Origin: Verrucomicrobiota bacterium
GTDB lineage: Bacteria > Verrucomicrobiota > Verrucomicrobiia > Verrucomicrobiales > V1-33
Direction: 5' to 3'
Assembly (NCBI GenBank): GCA_040387795.1
Contig: JAZKDC010000011.1
Span: 104,561-168,560, forward strand
DNA length: 64,000 nucleotides
Under the pieces are notes generated by a model. The model made no database searches. It was not told the DNA's origin and was given only the letters and a program-made list of their open reading frames with translations. The translations under genes were made by a program, and so were the position numbers. Shown piece by piece: positions 27,247-36,472 of this stretch (within the stretch, counting starts at the first letter, position 1; every line of letters begins with the position of its first letter).

Positions 27247-29232
27247 ATGAAATTACCTGCCTGCCTTTTCCTGCTCGTTCTGAGTCTCTGCCCGGTCGCG
27301 GCGGCCCCGGTCAAAGTCTTCATCCTCGCCGGACAATCCAACATGGAAGGCCAGGCCGTGGTGGACCTGAAGGGCAAGGACTACAACGAGGGCAGGGGCA
27401 CCCTGACGACGCTGCTGGCCGATCCCGCCAAGGCGGCCGGGTTGCAGCATCTGAGGAATCCTGACGGCAGCTGGCGGGTGCGGGATGACGTGTGGGTGCG
27501 CTATCAACGGGAGGAAAAACCACTGCTGGCCGGGCCCCTGACCTTTGGATTTTCCGTCTATGGGGATGTCCATCACTTCGGACCCGAATTGCAGTTTGGG
27601 CACGTGATGGGCGACTTTTTTCCAGAGCCGGTGCTGCTCATCAAAACGGCGTGGGGCGGCAAGAGCCTCTATCGCGATTTTCGCCCGCCCTCTTCCGGTG
27701 GGGCCGTGGGACCGTATTACACCCTCATGATCGCGCAGGTGCGTGAGGCCCTCGCGAAGATGGAAAAGGAGTTTCCGGCCACGCAGGGCCTCGGTCATGA
27801 ACTCGCGGGATTTGTGTGGTATCAGGGATGGAACGATGGGGTGGATCCGAAGAACGCGGTGCCGGAGTATGAGCAGAATCTGGTGCACCTGATCCACGAT
27901 GTCCGCCGTGAGCTGCAGGCGCCGGAGCTTCCGGTAGTGATAGGTGAACTCACCGGGGCGTGGGTGCAGGCGCCGCCGGAATGGGAGCAGCTCCGGGCCG
28001 CTCAGGCCGCCGCGGCGGCAAGGCCGGAGTTCGCCGGCAATGTGGTCTTTGTGCCGACCCGCGACTTTGTCCGGAAACCGGAAGACTCGCCGAATCCCGG
28101 CCATGGCCATCATGAGTTCGGCAATGCGGAGACTTATTTCCTGGTTGGGGATGCCCTGGGCAAAGCCATGACCACTCTTTTGTCAGGCCGCCTGTCGCTG
28201 GCCAGCCCGCTGGACTATCAAGTCATCCAGCGGAACCACCGCAACACCGGCACCATCACCATCAGCGGCAAATCTCAGGGGGGCGTGATCGAAGCGAGGA
28301 TCGGCCCGGGGGGAGATTGGAAACACCTTGATGCCGAAACCGGAAACGGAACCTTCCACACCACCATGGAGGCGGCCGCCGGCGGCTGGCACCGGCTGGA
28401 CGTCCGGTCTTTGAAGGAGGGCAAGGTCACCGGCAAGGCGTCTGTGGCGCACGTCGGCATCGGTGAGGTTTTTGTGGTCGCCGGGCAGTCCAACTCCGCC
28501 AATCACGGGGAGGAGAAGCAAACCACGAAGACCGGCCGCGTTGCTGCCTTCGACGGTCAGGGCTGGCGGCTGGCCAACGATCCGCAACCCGGGGCCAGTG
28601 GCGGCGGCGGCAGTTTCATGCCCCCCCTTGGCGATGCCCTGGTGCGGCAGTTGGACGTGCCGGTGGGTTTTATCGCCTGTGGCATCGGGGCCACCAGCGT
28701 GCGCGAGTGGCTGCCGCAAGGAACGGTTTTCCCCTATCCGCCCACCATTGAATCCCGCGTGCAGAAACGCCCTGACGGATCGTGGGAGAGCAAAGGCGAG
28801 GCTTTCGAATCGTTCGTGGCCCGGTTGAAACAGGCCGGCCCCCTTGGATTCCGGGCGGTGCTCTGGCATCAGGGCGAGAGTGACGCCAACCAGCAGGATC
28901 CCACCCGCACCCTGGCGGGGAACCTCTATCGCGCGTATCTCGAAAAGTTGATCCGGGATTCCCGCCGGGAGACCGGCTGGGAAGCGCCATGGTTTGTCGC
29001 GCAGGCCAGCTATCATGTCCCCGGCGATGAGTCCTCCCCCGAAATCCGGGCCGCCCAGGCCTCGTTATGGAAGGATGGCATCGCGTTGGAAGGCCCGGAC
29101 AGCGATGCCCTGAAGGGCGCGCTCCGCGACAGCAACGGCCAGGGGGTGCACTTCAGTGGCGAGGGCCTGCGCGGGCATGCCGCCCGCTGGGCGGAGAAAA
29201 TCACGCCATGGTTGATGGAGCAGTTGAAGTGA
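27247..29232 (+). CDS. Tandem SASA/DUF303-type carbohydrate O-acetylesterase (sialate O-acetylesterase-like), secreted
   Basis: Signal peptide from ATG 27247. Two esterase units, each with a GQSN motif (VFILAGQSNMEGQA and VFVVAGQSNSANHG) and downstream W(Y/H)QGE/W blocks. Confidence 0.75.
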   Translation: MKLPACLFLLVLSLCPVAAAPVKVFILAGQSNMEGQAVVDLKGKDYNEGRGTLTTLLADPAKAAGLQHLRNPDGSWRVRDDVWVRYQREEKPLLAGPLTFGFSVYGDVHHFGPELQFGHVMGDFFPEPVLLIKTAWGGKSLYRDFRPPSSGGAVGPYYTLMIAQVREALAKMEKEFPATQGLGHELAGFVWYQGWNDGVDPKNAVPEYEQNLVHLIHDVRRELQAPELPVVIGELTGAWVQAPPEWEQLRAAQAAAAARPEFAGNVVFVPTRDFVRKPEDSPNPGHGHHEFGNAETYFLVGDALGKAMTTLLSGRLSLASPLDYQVIQRNHRNTGTITISGKSQGGVIEARIGPGGDWKHLDAETGNGTFHTTMEAAAGGWHRLDVRSLKEGKVTGKASVAHVGIGEVFVVAGQSNSANHGEEKQTTKTGRVAAFDGQGWRLANDPQPGASGGGGSFMPPLGDALVRQLDVPVGFIACGIGATSVREWLPQGTVFPYPPTIESRVQKRPDGSWESKGEAFESFVARLKQAGPLGFRAVLWHQGESDANQQDPTRTLAGNLYRAYLEKLIRDSRRETGWEAPWFVAQASYHVPGDESSPEIRAAQASLWKDGIALEGPDSDALKGALRDSNGQGVHFSGEGLRGHAARWAEKITPWLMEQLK

Positions 29233-29514
29233 TGCGTCCGCCCGGCGCGGAGGCAGTTCCGGCCGGGAGGGATGGCCGTGGCCTCCGGTCCCTTGGTATA
29301 TCCTGACTTAAATCGGCGGGTCACTTGAGCGGGCAACCAGCCGGGAAATTTTCCAGGGTAAACTCCCCGGCTGGTACGACGGATGCTGCGTGAGCAACCG
29401 CCACCCCCCGCGCCAGCCGGGCCGGATCAATCCGGGCTCCCGGTCCCCAAAAAAACCGATCACTTCACTGGATCAATAGTGGGTGCATCATGCCCAGCCA
29501 TAAATGCCAACCAT

Positions 29515-31689
29515 ATGAAAAATCCTCATCCCGCCAGCAGGCACCGCCTGCCCAGCCTTGAATCCGTTCATCCATCCGGTCCTGCATTTTTGTCAGGAAA
29601 CATTGCGTCCGGTCCGGCACGCCGGTGGCTCCTCGGGGCGGCCGCGTGTGCCCTCCTGTCCACCGCATTTCCTTCCGCCGCTTCGGCCAAACAGGTGGAG
29701 GTAAAATTCGATCTGGGCACCGCGACCCTGGAGGAAGTGCAGCAGGCGATGGACGCCGGGGCCTTGACCAGCGTCCAGTTGGTGACGCTCTACCTGCGCC
29801 GGATCGAACTTTACGATCAGGGCGGCGCGCCCTTTTTGAACTCGGTGATGTTCCTGAGTCCGGACCTCATGGATCAGGCCCGCAAGGCAGATCAACTGCG
29901 GGCAGAAGGCAAGAAGCTGGGAGCGCTGCATGGGATTCCTTGTTTCGTCAAAGGTTCCTACAGCGTGAAAGGCCTGCCCACTTCCGCGGGGACCACGGCA
30001 TGGGCGGATCTTATTGCGCCGGAGGATTGTTTCCTCGTGGCCAAACTCCGGGCGGCCGGCGCCATCATCATGGGTCAGGCCAACATGGATACCTGGGCGA
30101 ACTCGGGGCAAAGCTCCAGCTCGCAGATCAAGGGCGCGGTCAAGAACGCCTATGTGCTGGGAACCACCTCCGGCGGAAGCAGCGGGGGGTCCGGGGTGGC
30201 GGCGGCCGCGAACTTTGCCTTCTTCACCTTTGGCGGGGAAACCGGCGCGTCTATCCGGGGTCCTTCCGACCGCAATGGGCTGGCGGGCCAACGGCCGACA
30301 GCAGGGGCCATGCCCTCCAACCACATCGTCAACCTCAGTCCGGAGCGGGACGTGGTGGGTCCGATGGCGCGGAATGTCAGCGATATCGCTTCCATCCGGG
30401 ATGCGGTTTCCTTCGAAGATCCGGAAGATCCCTGGGCACCAATCCTACCGTTGTTCCAGGATGGCCGACCCTTTCCGAAGGGCTTCAACAGTGCGCTGGC
30501 CACAGCGACTCTGGCCGGAAAGAAGCTGGGCATTGTCGGCACCTACATCGGACTGCCCCATCCATCGCCAGGCACGGGCGCAACTGCCAACACCACCACC
30601 GTCAGTGTCACCCGTCCGGAGATTTTTGCCAATCTCGAGCTATCAAAATCCCAGATGACCGCGGCCGGGGCCACGGTCAGCGTGGTCTTCCTGCCGCCTG
30701 ACGTGAGCACCACCTTTGACCGTGGTCCGGGGGCGCCCCAGCGGGTGCTGTCCACCAACCCCACCAGCGGCCGATTCACCGCCAATGCGCACAAAGGAAT
30801 GATCGAATTCCTCGTGAAAACCCCCACCGACACACCCGAAACACTGGCCGCCAAAGTGATGGCGAAAGCGGCACTGCCGACCGGCAACACCGGTGCCCGC
30901 ACCATCTCTGATACGACGATCAGCTACATGTATACCTTCGGGCCGGGTGGCGAAGTCACCGGCACCAACGCGCTGTCGTTTGCCTCCCCGCAGGCGACGG
31001 AACACTACACCGCTCTCCGGGACATCCGCCGCAAACTCGAAGCCTGGATGGACGCGGAAGGATTGGATGCGCTGGTCTTCCCGGTCGATTCCGGAAAGAC
31101 CACCACCGTCGGTTCGGTGAATGGCCGCGATCCCATCAATGCCATGCACATCCCCGGGACGGTGGTGCCGAATGGGGCTCTTCCGGATGGTGAGCCGACC
31201 TGCCTGATCTTCGTCGGGAGAGGTTATGACGACGTCCAGATCTTCAAACTCGCCTATGCGTTCGAACAGGTCTCGAAGAAACGTTATGCCACTCCGTTGG
31301 CTCCGGCGCTGCCTGAGGAAAGCTTCACCTACGTCCTGAAAAACGAGCCGCGGGTGAATCCGGGGGCGGATCCGATCATCACGATTTCGGCCAAACCCAC
31401 CATCACCGGCAGCGGTTCCACGGCCAAGGTGAGCATCAGGGGCAAAATCATTCCATCGGCCGGGCTGGCGCAGGTCTCCGTCTTTGTGAATGGCAAGCGG
31501 GTCCCTTCTTCGTTCACCTCCGGACCTGGCGGGAAGGATTGGACGGCTACCTTCCCCATCTCCGCAGTGGGATCCTTGATTGGCAGCTCCAACACCATCT
31601 CCATCACGGTTGAGGTGGTTGATGTGGACGGCAATACCGACGTCGAGATCAAAAAGGTCAAACTTGATGCCAGGCCCTATCTCTCCTGA
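29515..31689 (+). CDS. Amidase-signature family amidase with Tat-type signal and C-terminal Ig-like extension
   Basis: GGSSGGSGVAAAA..GGETGASIRGPS amidase signature. N-terminal ..ARRWLLGAAACALL..ASA is a twin-Arg motif. About 120 extra C-terminal residues are beta-rich. Confidence 0.8.
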   Translation: MKNPHPASRHRLPSLESVHPSGPAFLSGNIASGPARRWLLGAAACALLSTAFPSAASAKQVEVKFDLGTATLEEVQQAMDAGALTSVQLVTLYLRRIELYDQGGAPFLNSVMFLSPDLMDQARKADQLRAEGKKLGALHGIPCFVKGSYSVKGLPTSAGTTAWADLIAPEDCFLVAKLRAAGAIIMGQANMDTWANSGQSSSSQIKGAVKNAYVLGTTSGGSSGGSGVAAAANFAFFTFGGETGASIRGPSDRNGLAGQRPTAGAMPSNHIVNLSPERDVVGPMARNVSDIASIRDAVSFEDPEDPWAPILPLFQDGRPFPKGFNSALATATLAGKKLGIVGTYIGLPHPSPGTGATANTTTVSVTRPEIFANLELSKSQMTAAGATVSVVFLPPDVSTTFDRGPGAPQRVLSTNPTSGRFTANAHKGMIEFLVKTPTDTPETLAAKVMAKAALPTGNTGARTISDTTISYMYTFGPGGEVTGTNALSFASPQATEHYTALRDIRRKLEAWMDAEGLDALVFPVDSGKTTTVGSVNGRDPINAMHIPGTVVPNGALPDGEPTCLIFVGRGYDDVQIFKLAYAFEQVSKKRYATPLAPALPEESFTYVLKNEPRVNPGADPIITISAKPTITGSGSTAKVSIRGKIIPSAGLAQVSVFVNGKRVPSSFTSGPGGKDWTATFPISAVGSLIGSSNTISITVEVVDVDGNTDVEIKKVKLDARPYLS

Positions 31690-31782
31690 TCAGTCCCATG
31701 GCCAAGGGAGCGGGGGAGCAACCTTCCTCCGCTCCTTTGGCTCTGCCATGGGCCTGGCTTTGGATCCCGTAATTCCGACTCC

Positions 31783-33399
31783 ATGCTGACATCTTTCAAA
31801 TCGCGGGCTCTGGCCCTTGGTGTTGCGGCAGGCCTGCTGGTGGCTGCCGTCCTTTTTTACCATTCCGGTCCTGCGGACAGACCAACGTCGCAGGTCGCCG
31901 CTGCCGGGAAACCCGCCGGGCCCGTGCCGCCGCCGCCGGCTTCATCCGGGGCGGTCCCTCTTTCCGCAGCTGATTGGATGGAAAAGATCCGCCAGACTCC
32001 CGCTTCCGGCCGTGCCGGACTGATGCGCCGGATCCTCAAAATCGCGGATGAGGGCCTGCGCAACGAGATGGCGACGGCGCTCGCGCTCGAATGGATGTCC
32101 AGCGATCTGAATGAATATCTCGCGTTTCTGGATGCGTTGGTGGTCGATGGCGGGCTGTCCGCGGATACCATGAAACGTTTTTCGGTGGCCCTGATGCGGA
32201 GCTTTGAAAAGGTCTCCGGAAAAGCAGAACTTGAAGGGAAGATGCGTTATATCGCGGAAGTCATCGTGAATTACCTGATCGCAAATGATCCCGGCGGAGC
32301 GGAGTCCTGGGCCCGGACATTCCTCGTTGGCTTGGATTTGGACAACGCCCTGGGCAGACTGGCCCCCGCGATGGTTGCGCAGTCGCCGGAAAAGGCCTTG
32401 GAGATTTTTGCCAGCATCAAGTCCGTGGCGCCGCGTCTGACGGCGGCCCCGGAACTGGGTGCGGCTCTGGCGAGACGCGATCCTGACGCCGCCCTGAAAT
32501 GGGTGGGCTCGATCGGCGCGCACAGTGAGCGGACCATGGCCATGGGGGGAGTGGTGACGGTCATGGCCGGATCCGATCCTGCCAGAGCGGCCATGCATCT
32601 GAAGGAGTTTCTCGGGAAAATCCAAAACGAATACACCCAGCTCCGGGAAAAGGACCGGATGCAGGCAGGAGTGAAGGCGGAGGATGAATTCCAGACTCCG
32701 GAACTATACCTCGAATATCTTGAAACGAACGGCTTTGTGCTGATGCCTCCGGACACGCCCGAAGCGGACTATCTGTTGAAGGCAGGGGAACAAATTGGGT
32801 TCCTCCTGGCGAAAACCGATCCGGCAGGCGCCATCGCCTGGGCGGAATCGCTGGCGGTAGGCCTTTCGCAGGCGCACGCCATCAGTGGGGCGCTCTCCGG
32901 TTGGAGCACCACCGCTCCGCGGGAAGCGGTGGACTACTATCTGAAAAATTATGGTTATGATGCCGGGATGCCCCGGTCTCTTTTCGAACATTGGGCGGGG
33001 CAGGATCCTGACGCTGCGGTGTCCGCGATTGGCCGTCTGCAAAATGACGGGCAGAAATCCTCCGCCATCCAGGGAGTGACCCAGGGTTGGTTGGAATCGG
33101 AACGTGATGTGGGCGGCTTGATCGAATGGGTCGGACAATTGCCGGAGGGAACGGACCGGGACCGGGCGAACCTGGCGGTCATCTCGCAAACCAGCGACAC
33201 CAATCCTTCGGGTGCCTGGGAGCTTGTCAAGGAGATCTCGGAACCCATGGCCCGGAAGCAGGTGGCCAGCGATGTTTTTTCACTGCTGGCGGTGGAGAAT
33301 CCTGCCGTGGCCCGTGCCGTGCTCGACCGGTATGAGGCTCCGGCCGAAGAAATCGCCGCCCTCGGCCGGATTCTTTCGGTCGCCGAAGCGCCACGGTAA
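31783..33399 (+). CDS. Hypothetical membrane-anchored alpha-helical repeat protein
   Basis: N-terminal TM (ALALGVAAGLLVAAVLF), Pro-rich linker, then repeated helical units of the DPxxAxxW..L type (DPDAALKWVGS, DPAGAIAWAESL, DPDAAVSAIGRL). No family recognised. Confidence 0.55.
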   Translation: MLTSFKSRALALGVAAGLLVAAVLFYHSGPADRPTSQVAAAGKPAGPVPPPPASSGAVPLSAADWMEKIRQTPASGRAGLMRRILKIADEGLRNEMATALALEWMSSDLNEYLAFLDALVVDGGLSADTMKRFSVALMRSFEKVSGKAELEGKMRYIAEVIVNYLIANDPGGAESWARTFLVGLDLDNALGRLAPAMVAQSPEKALEIFASIKSVAPRLTAAPELGAALARRDPDAALKWVGSIGAHSERTMAMGGVVTVMAGSDPARAAMHLKEFLGKIQNEYTQLREKDRMQAGVKAEDEFQTPELYLEYLETNGFVLMPPDTPEADYLLKAGEQIGFLLAKTDPAGAIAWAESLAVGLSQAHAISGALSGWSTTAPREAVDYYLKNYGYDAGMPRSLFEHWAGQDPDAAVSAIGRLQNDGQKSSAIQGVTQGWLESERDVGGLIEWVGQLPEGTDRDRANLAVISQTSDTNPSGAWELVKEISEPMARKQVASDVFSLLAVENPAVARAVLDRYEAPAEEIAALGRILSVAEAPR

Positions 33400-33522
33400 T
33401 TCGCGGCCACCGCTTTGCCGGCGGATGCGGAAGCTTTGCTTCCATCACTTGGAAACATCAAATCAGAGTCCGGGGCGTTTTGTGTCTTGCCGGTCGGGGT
33501 GATTTCGTTTCCAGTGGCGGTC

Positions 33523-33993
33523 ATGGAAAATGTTACCCACGAAGAACGGTATGCCGCGCTAGGCCTTGAACTCCCCCCAGCCCCGAAACCGGTGGCGGTT
33601 TACCGCCCGGTGGTGGTGGTGCAGCAGATGGCGTATGTGTCAGGGCATGGGCCGGTGCGGCTGGATGGTTCGCTGATCACGGGCCGGGTGGGTGCGGAGC
33701 TTTCCCTGGAGGAAGGGTATGCGGCGGCCCGGCAGGTGGGGCTGGCCCTGTTGGCGACGCTGCGGTCGCACTTCGGCTCGCTCAATGCCATCGGCCGGGT
33801 GGTCAAGGTGCTGGGGATGGTGAATTCCGCTGCGGATTTTTATGATCATCCCAAGGTGATCAATGGATGCAGCGAATTGTTTGTGGAGGTGTTCGGGGCA
33901 GAGCAGGGCATCGGCGCCCGCAGCGCGGTGGGCATGGGGCCGCTGCCAGGAAACATCGCGGTGGAGATCGAAGTGATTTTTGAACTGGCCTGA
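33523..33993 (+). CDS. RidA/YjgF family enamine-imine deaminase
   Basis: 156 aa with LPPAPKPVAVYRPVV, AYVSGHGP, RSAVGMGPLPGNIAVEIEVIFEL, which is the typical RidA fold pattern. Confidence 0.8.
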   Translation: MENVTHEERYAALGLELPPAPKPVAVYRPVVVVQQMAYVSGHGPVRLDGSLITGRVGAELSLEEGYAAARQVGLALLATLRSHFGSLNAIGRVVKVLGMVNSAADFYDHPKVINGCSELFVEVFGAEQGIGARSAVGMGPLPGNIAVEIEVIFELA

Positions 33994-33997
33994 CCTC

Positions 33998-35107
33998 ATG
34001 AGCAAGGCTCCCCTGACGGTATCGAACGAGGACCGCGTGGCGTCGCCCGCACTGATCCTGCATTGGGAAAGCGTGGAGGAAAATCTGCGGCGGATGATTG
34101 CCCTGGCGGGCGATCCGGCGCGGCTGCGGCCGCATGTGAAAACCCACAAGCTGCCCCAGATTGTGGCCCGGCAGGTGGCCCTGGGCATCACCAAGTGCAA
34201 ATGCGCCACCATTGCCGAAGCCGAGATGTCCGCGGCCGCAGGAGCGCCGGACGTGCTGCTGGCGGCTCCTCTCGTGGGACCGAATATTGGCAGGTTCCTG
34301 GCCCTGCAGGCGGCCTTTCCACAGGTGGTGTTCTCCGCGCTGGCGGATGACGGGAACGCGGTGCAGGCGGTGAGCGACGCCGCCGTGGCGGCGGGGCAGC
34401 AGGTGACCTTGCTGCTGGATCTGGACGTGGGGCAGGGACGCACCGGCGTGCGGCCGGATGAGGCGGCGGCATTGTTTTACCAGAGCATGGCGGCCTTGCC
34501 GGGTATCCGGCCTGGGGGGCTGCACGCCTACGATGGCCACCTGCATCAATCCGATGTGGCCGCGCGCACGGCGGCCTGCGATGAGGGATTTGCCAGAGTG
34601 GCCGCGCTGCGGGACCGGCTCACCAACGCGGGGCTGCTGGTGCCTGCGGTGGTGGTGGGCGGCACCCCGACATTTCCCATGCATGCCCGCCGGGCGGGCG
34701 TGGAATGCAGCCCGGGCACCTGTGTGTTATGGGATGCGGGTTATGCGGCCAACCTGCCGGACCTTGATTTTTTGCCCGCGGCCATCCTGCTCACGCGGGT
34801 CATCAGCCGGCCGGCCCCTGACCGGCTCTGCCTGGACCTGGGGCACAAAGCCGTGGCCAGCGAGATGCCGCATCCGCGCGTGATTTTCCCGGCGCTGCCG
34901 GAAGCCAAAGCCGTGATGCACAATGAGGAACATCTCGTGCTGGAAACGCCCCGGGCCGCTGAATTTCCGGTGGGCTCGGTGCTTTATGGCATTCCCTGGC
35001 ATATTTGTCCGACGGTGGCCCTGCATGGGCATGTCCATCTGGCGCAGGACGGGGTTGCCGTGGAGACTTGGCCGGTGGTGGCCCGGGCCCGGCAGATCAC
35101 CTATTAA
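33998..35107 (+). CDS. D-TA/Dsd1 family PLP enzyme (alanine-racemase-fold D-serine dehydratase / D-threonine aldolase-like)
   Basis: SPALIL..N, RPHVKTHKLPQIV (PLP-Lys block), KCATIAEAE, YDGH, and the C-terminal HICPTVALH. ATG 33998 lies 5 nt after the RidA stop; an upstream TTG at 33980 is an alternative start. Confidence 0.75.
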   Translation: MSKAPLTVSNEDRVASPALILHWESVEENLRRMIALAGDPARLRPHVKTHKLPQIVARQVALGITKCKCATIAEAEMSAAAGAPDVLLAAPLVGPNIGRFLALQAAFPQVVFSALADDGNAVQAVSDAAVAAGQQVTLLLDLDVGQGRTGVRPDEAAALFYQSMAALPGIRPGGLHAYDGHLHQSDVAARTAACDEGFARVAALRDRLTNAGLLVPAVVVGGTPTFPMHARRAGVECSPGTCVLWDAGYAANLPDLDFLPAAILLTRVISRPAPDRLCLDLGHKAVASEMPHPRVIFPALPEAKAVMHNEEHLVLETPRAAEFPVGSVLYGIPWHICPTVALHGHVHLAQDGVAVETWPVVARARQITY

Positions 35108-35110
35108 GTC

Positions 35111-36442
35111 ATGTCCGCTTCGTCTGTTACACTTTTGTTGTTGGCCCTGGGAGCCATCGCCGTGCTGGTCCTGCTGGTGACATGGCGGAAGATGAACGCC
35201 TTTCTGGCGCTGTTCCTCGCTTCGCTGGTGGTGGGGACCGGGGCCGGACTGACGCCCCTGACCGTGCTGAAACATTTCCAGGAGGGACTGGGGGCCACCA
35301 TGGGCGGGATTGCGGCCGTGATCGCGCTGGGGGCGATGCTGGGCAAACTGCTGGCGGAGTCCGGGGCGGCGCAGGTGCTTGCGGAACGGTTCAGTGCTTT
35401 TTTTGGACCGGCCCGGGTGGGCTGGTGTGTGGCCGCGCTGGCGGTTTCGGTGGGACTGGTGACCTGGTTTGCGGTGGGCCTGCTGCTGCTGCTGCCGATC
35501 ATCGTGACCCTTTCGCGGGAAACGAAGCGGCCCTTCCTGCTGCTGGCGATTCCGCTGCTCTCTTTTCTTTCGGTGATGCACGGGCTGATGCCGCCGCATC
35601 CCGGTCCCGTGGCGGCGATTGCCGCGCTGGGGGCGAATACCGGAGCGGTGCTTGGTTGGGGATTCCTGATTGGATTGCCGACCGCGGCGGTGGCCGGCCC
35701 GTGGTTCGCCCGGATGGCGGTGCGGCGGCTGCAAGTGGATCCGCCAGTGCTGGCGGTGGACCCGGCGGCGGGCCGTCCGCGGCCCTCGTTTGCAGCGACC
35801 CTTCTGGTGGTCTGCCTGCCCATCGGCCTGATGATGATGTCCACGGTCGCGGAACTGCGGCTGGGAGAGGGCGGGCTGCGAACCACCCTGACTTCCCTCG
35901 GACATCCGGTGTTTGCCCTGACGATCGCGGTGCTGGTGGCGGCCTGGTTGTTCCGGCGGGCTTGCGGGTTCAGCCGGGCCACGATTCTAAGATTCACCGA
36001 GCAGAGTGTCGGTGGGATCGGCATGGCCCTGCTGGTGGTCGCGGGCGGCGGCGGTTTTGCCCGGGTGCTGCGCGAAGCGGGGGTGGCCGATGCCCTCGGC
36101 AGCCTGGCGGGAACCCTGCACCTGCCGCCATTGATATATGGCTGGATGGTGGCGGCCTTCATCCGGGTGGCCACCGGCTCGGCGACCGTGGCCATCACCA
36201 CGGCGGCGGGAATTCTGGCCCCGATGGCGGCAGCGGATCCCACGATTCACCGGGAGATGCTGGTGTTGTCGATCGGCTGCGGTTCACTTTTTCTATCCCA
36301 TCTGAATGACGGCGGATTTTGGATCGTCAAGGAATCGCTGGGTCTCACGGTGGGGCAGACCCTGCGCACGTGGACGGTGACCGAGACCCTGATCGGACTG
36401 GTGGGACTGGGGGCGGTGATCGTGGTGGATGCTCTTTTATAA
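35111..36442 (+). CDS. GntP family permease (gluconate / D-serine DsdX-type transporter family)
   Basis: 443 aa, polytopic, with GntP-like N-terminus (LLLLALGAIAVLVLLVTWRKMNAFLALFLASLVVG) and C-terminal LSHLNDGGFWIVKE block. Starts 3 nt after the preceding stop. Confidence 0.85.
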   Translation: MSASSVTLLLLALGAIAVLVLLVTWRKMNAFLALFLASLVVGTGAGLTPLTVLKHFQEGLGATMGGIAAVIALGAMLGKLLAESGAAQVLAERFSAFFGPARVGWCVAALAVSVGLVTWFAVGLLLLLPIIVTLSRETKRPFLLLAIPLLSFLSVMHGLMPPHPGPVAAIAALGANTGAVLGWGFLIGLPTAAVAGPWFARMAVRRLQVDPPVLAVDPAAGRPRPSFAATLLVVCLPIGLMMMSTVAELRLGEGGLRTTLTSLGHPVFALTIAVLVAAWLFRRACGFSRATILRFTEQSVGGIGMALLVVAGGGGFARVLREAGVADALGSLAGTLHLPPLIYGWMVAAFIRVATGSATVAITTAAGILAPMAAADPTIHREMLVLSIGCGSLFLSHLNDGGFWIVKESLGLTVGQTLRTWTVTETLIGLVGLGAVIVVDALL

Positions 36443-36472
36443 CCTTTGACCCTGCTGCCATTGCACCACTCC

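Noticed and set aside
26976-27377. N-terminal extension of the DUF6605 ORF to 27377
   Set aside because: The extension has no signal or domain features. It runs across the divergent promoter and into the esterase gene. ATG 26975 gives a clean signal peptide.
34727-36309. Several 370-430-aa alternative-frame ORFs over the D-TA/GntP genes
   Set aside because: They overlap a clear GntP permease frame and a PLP-enzyme frame. The translations are Arg/Pro/Gly-rich junk.
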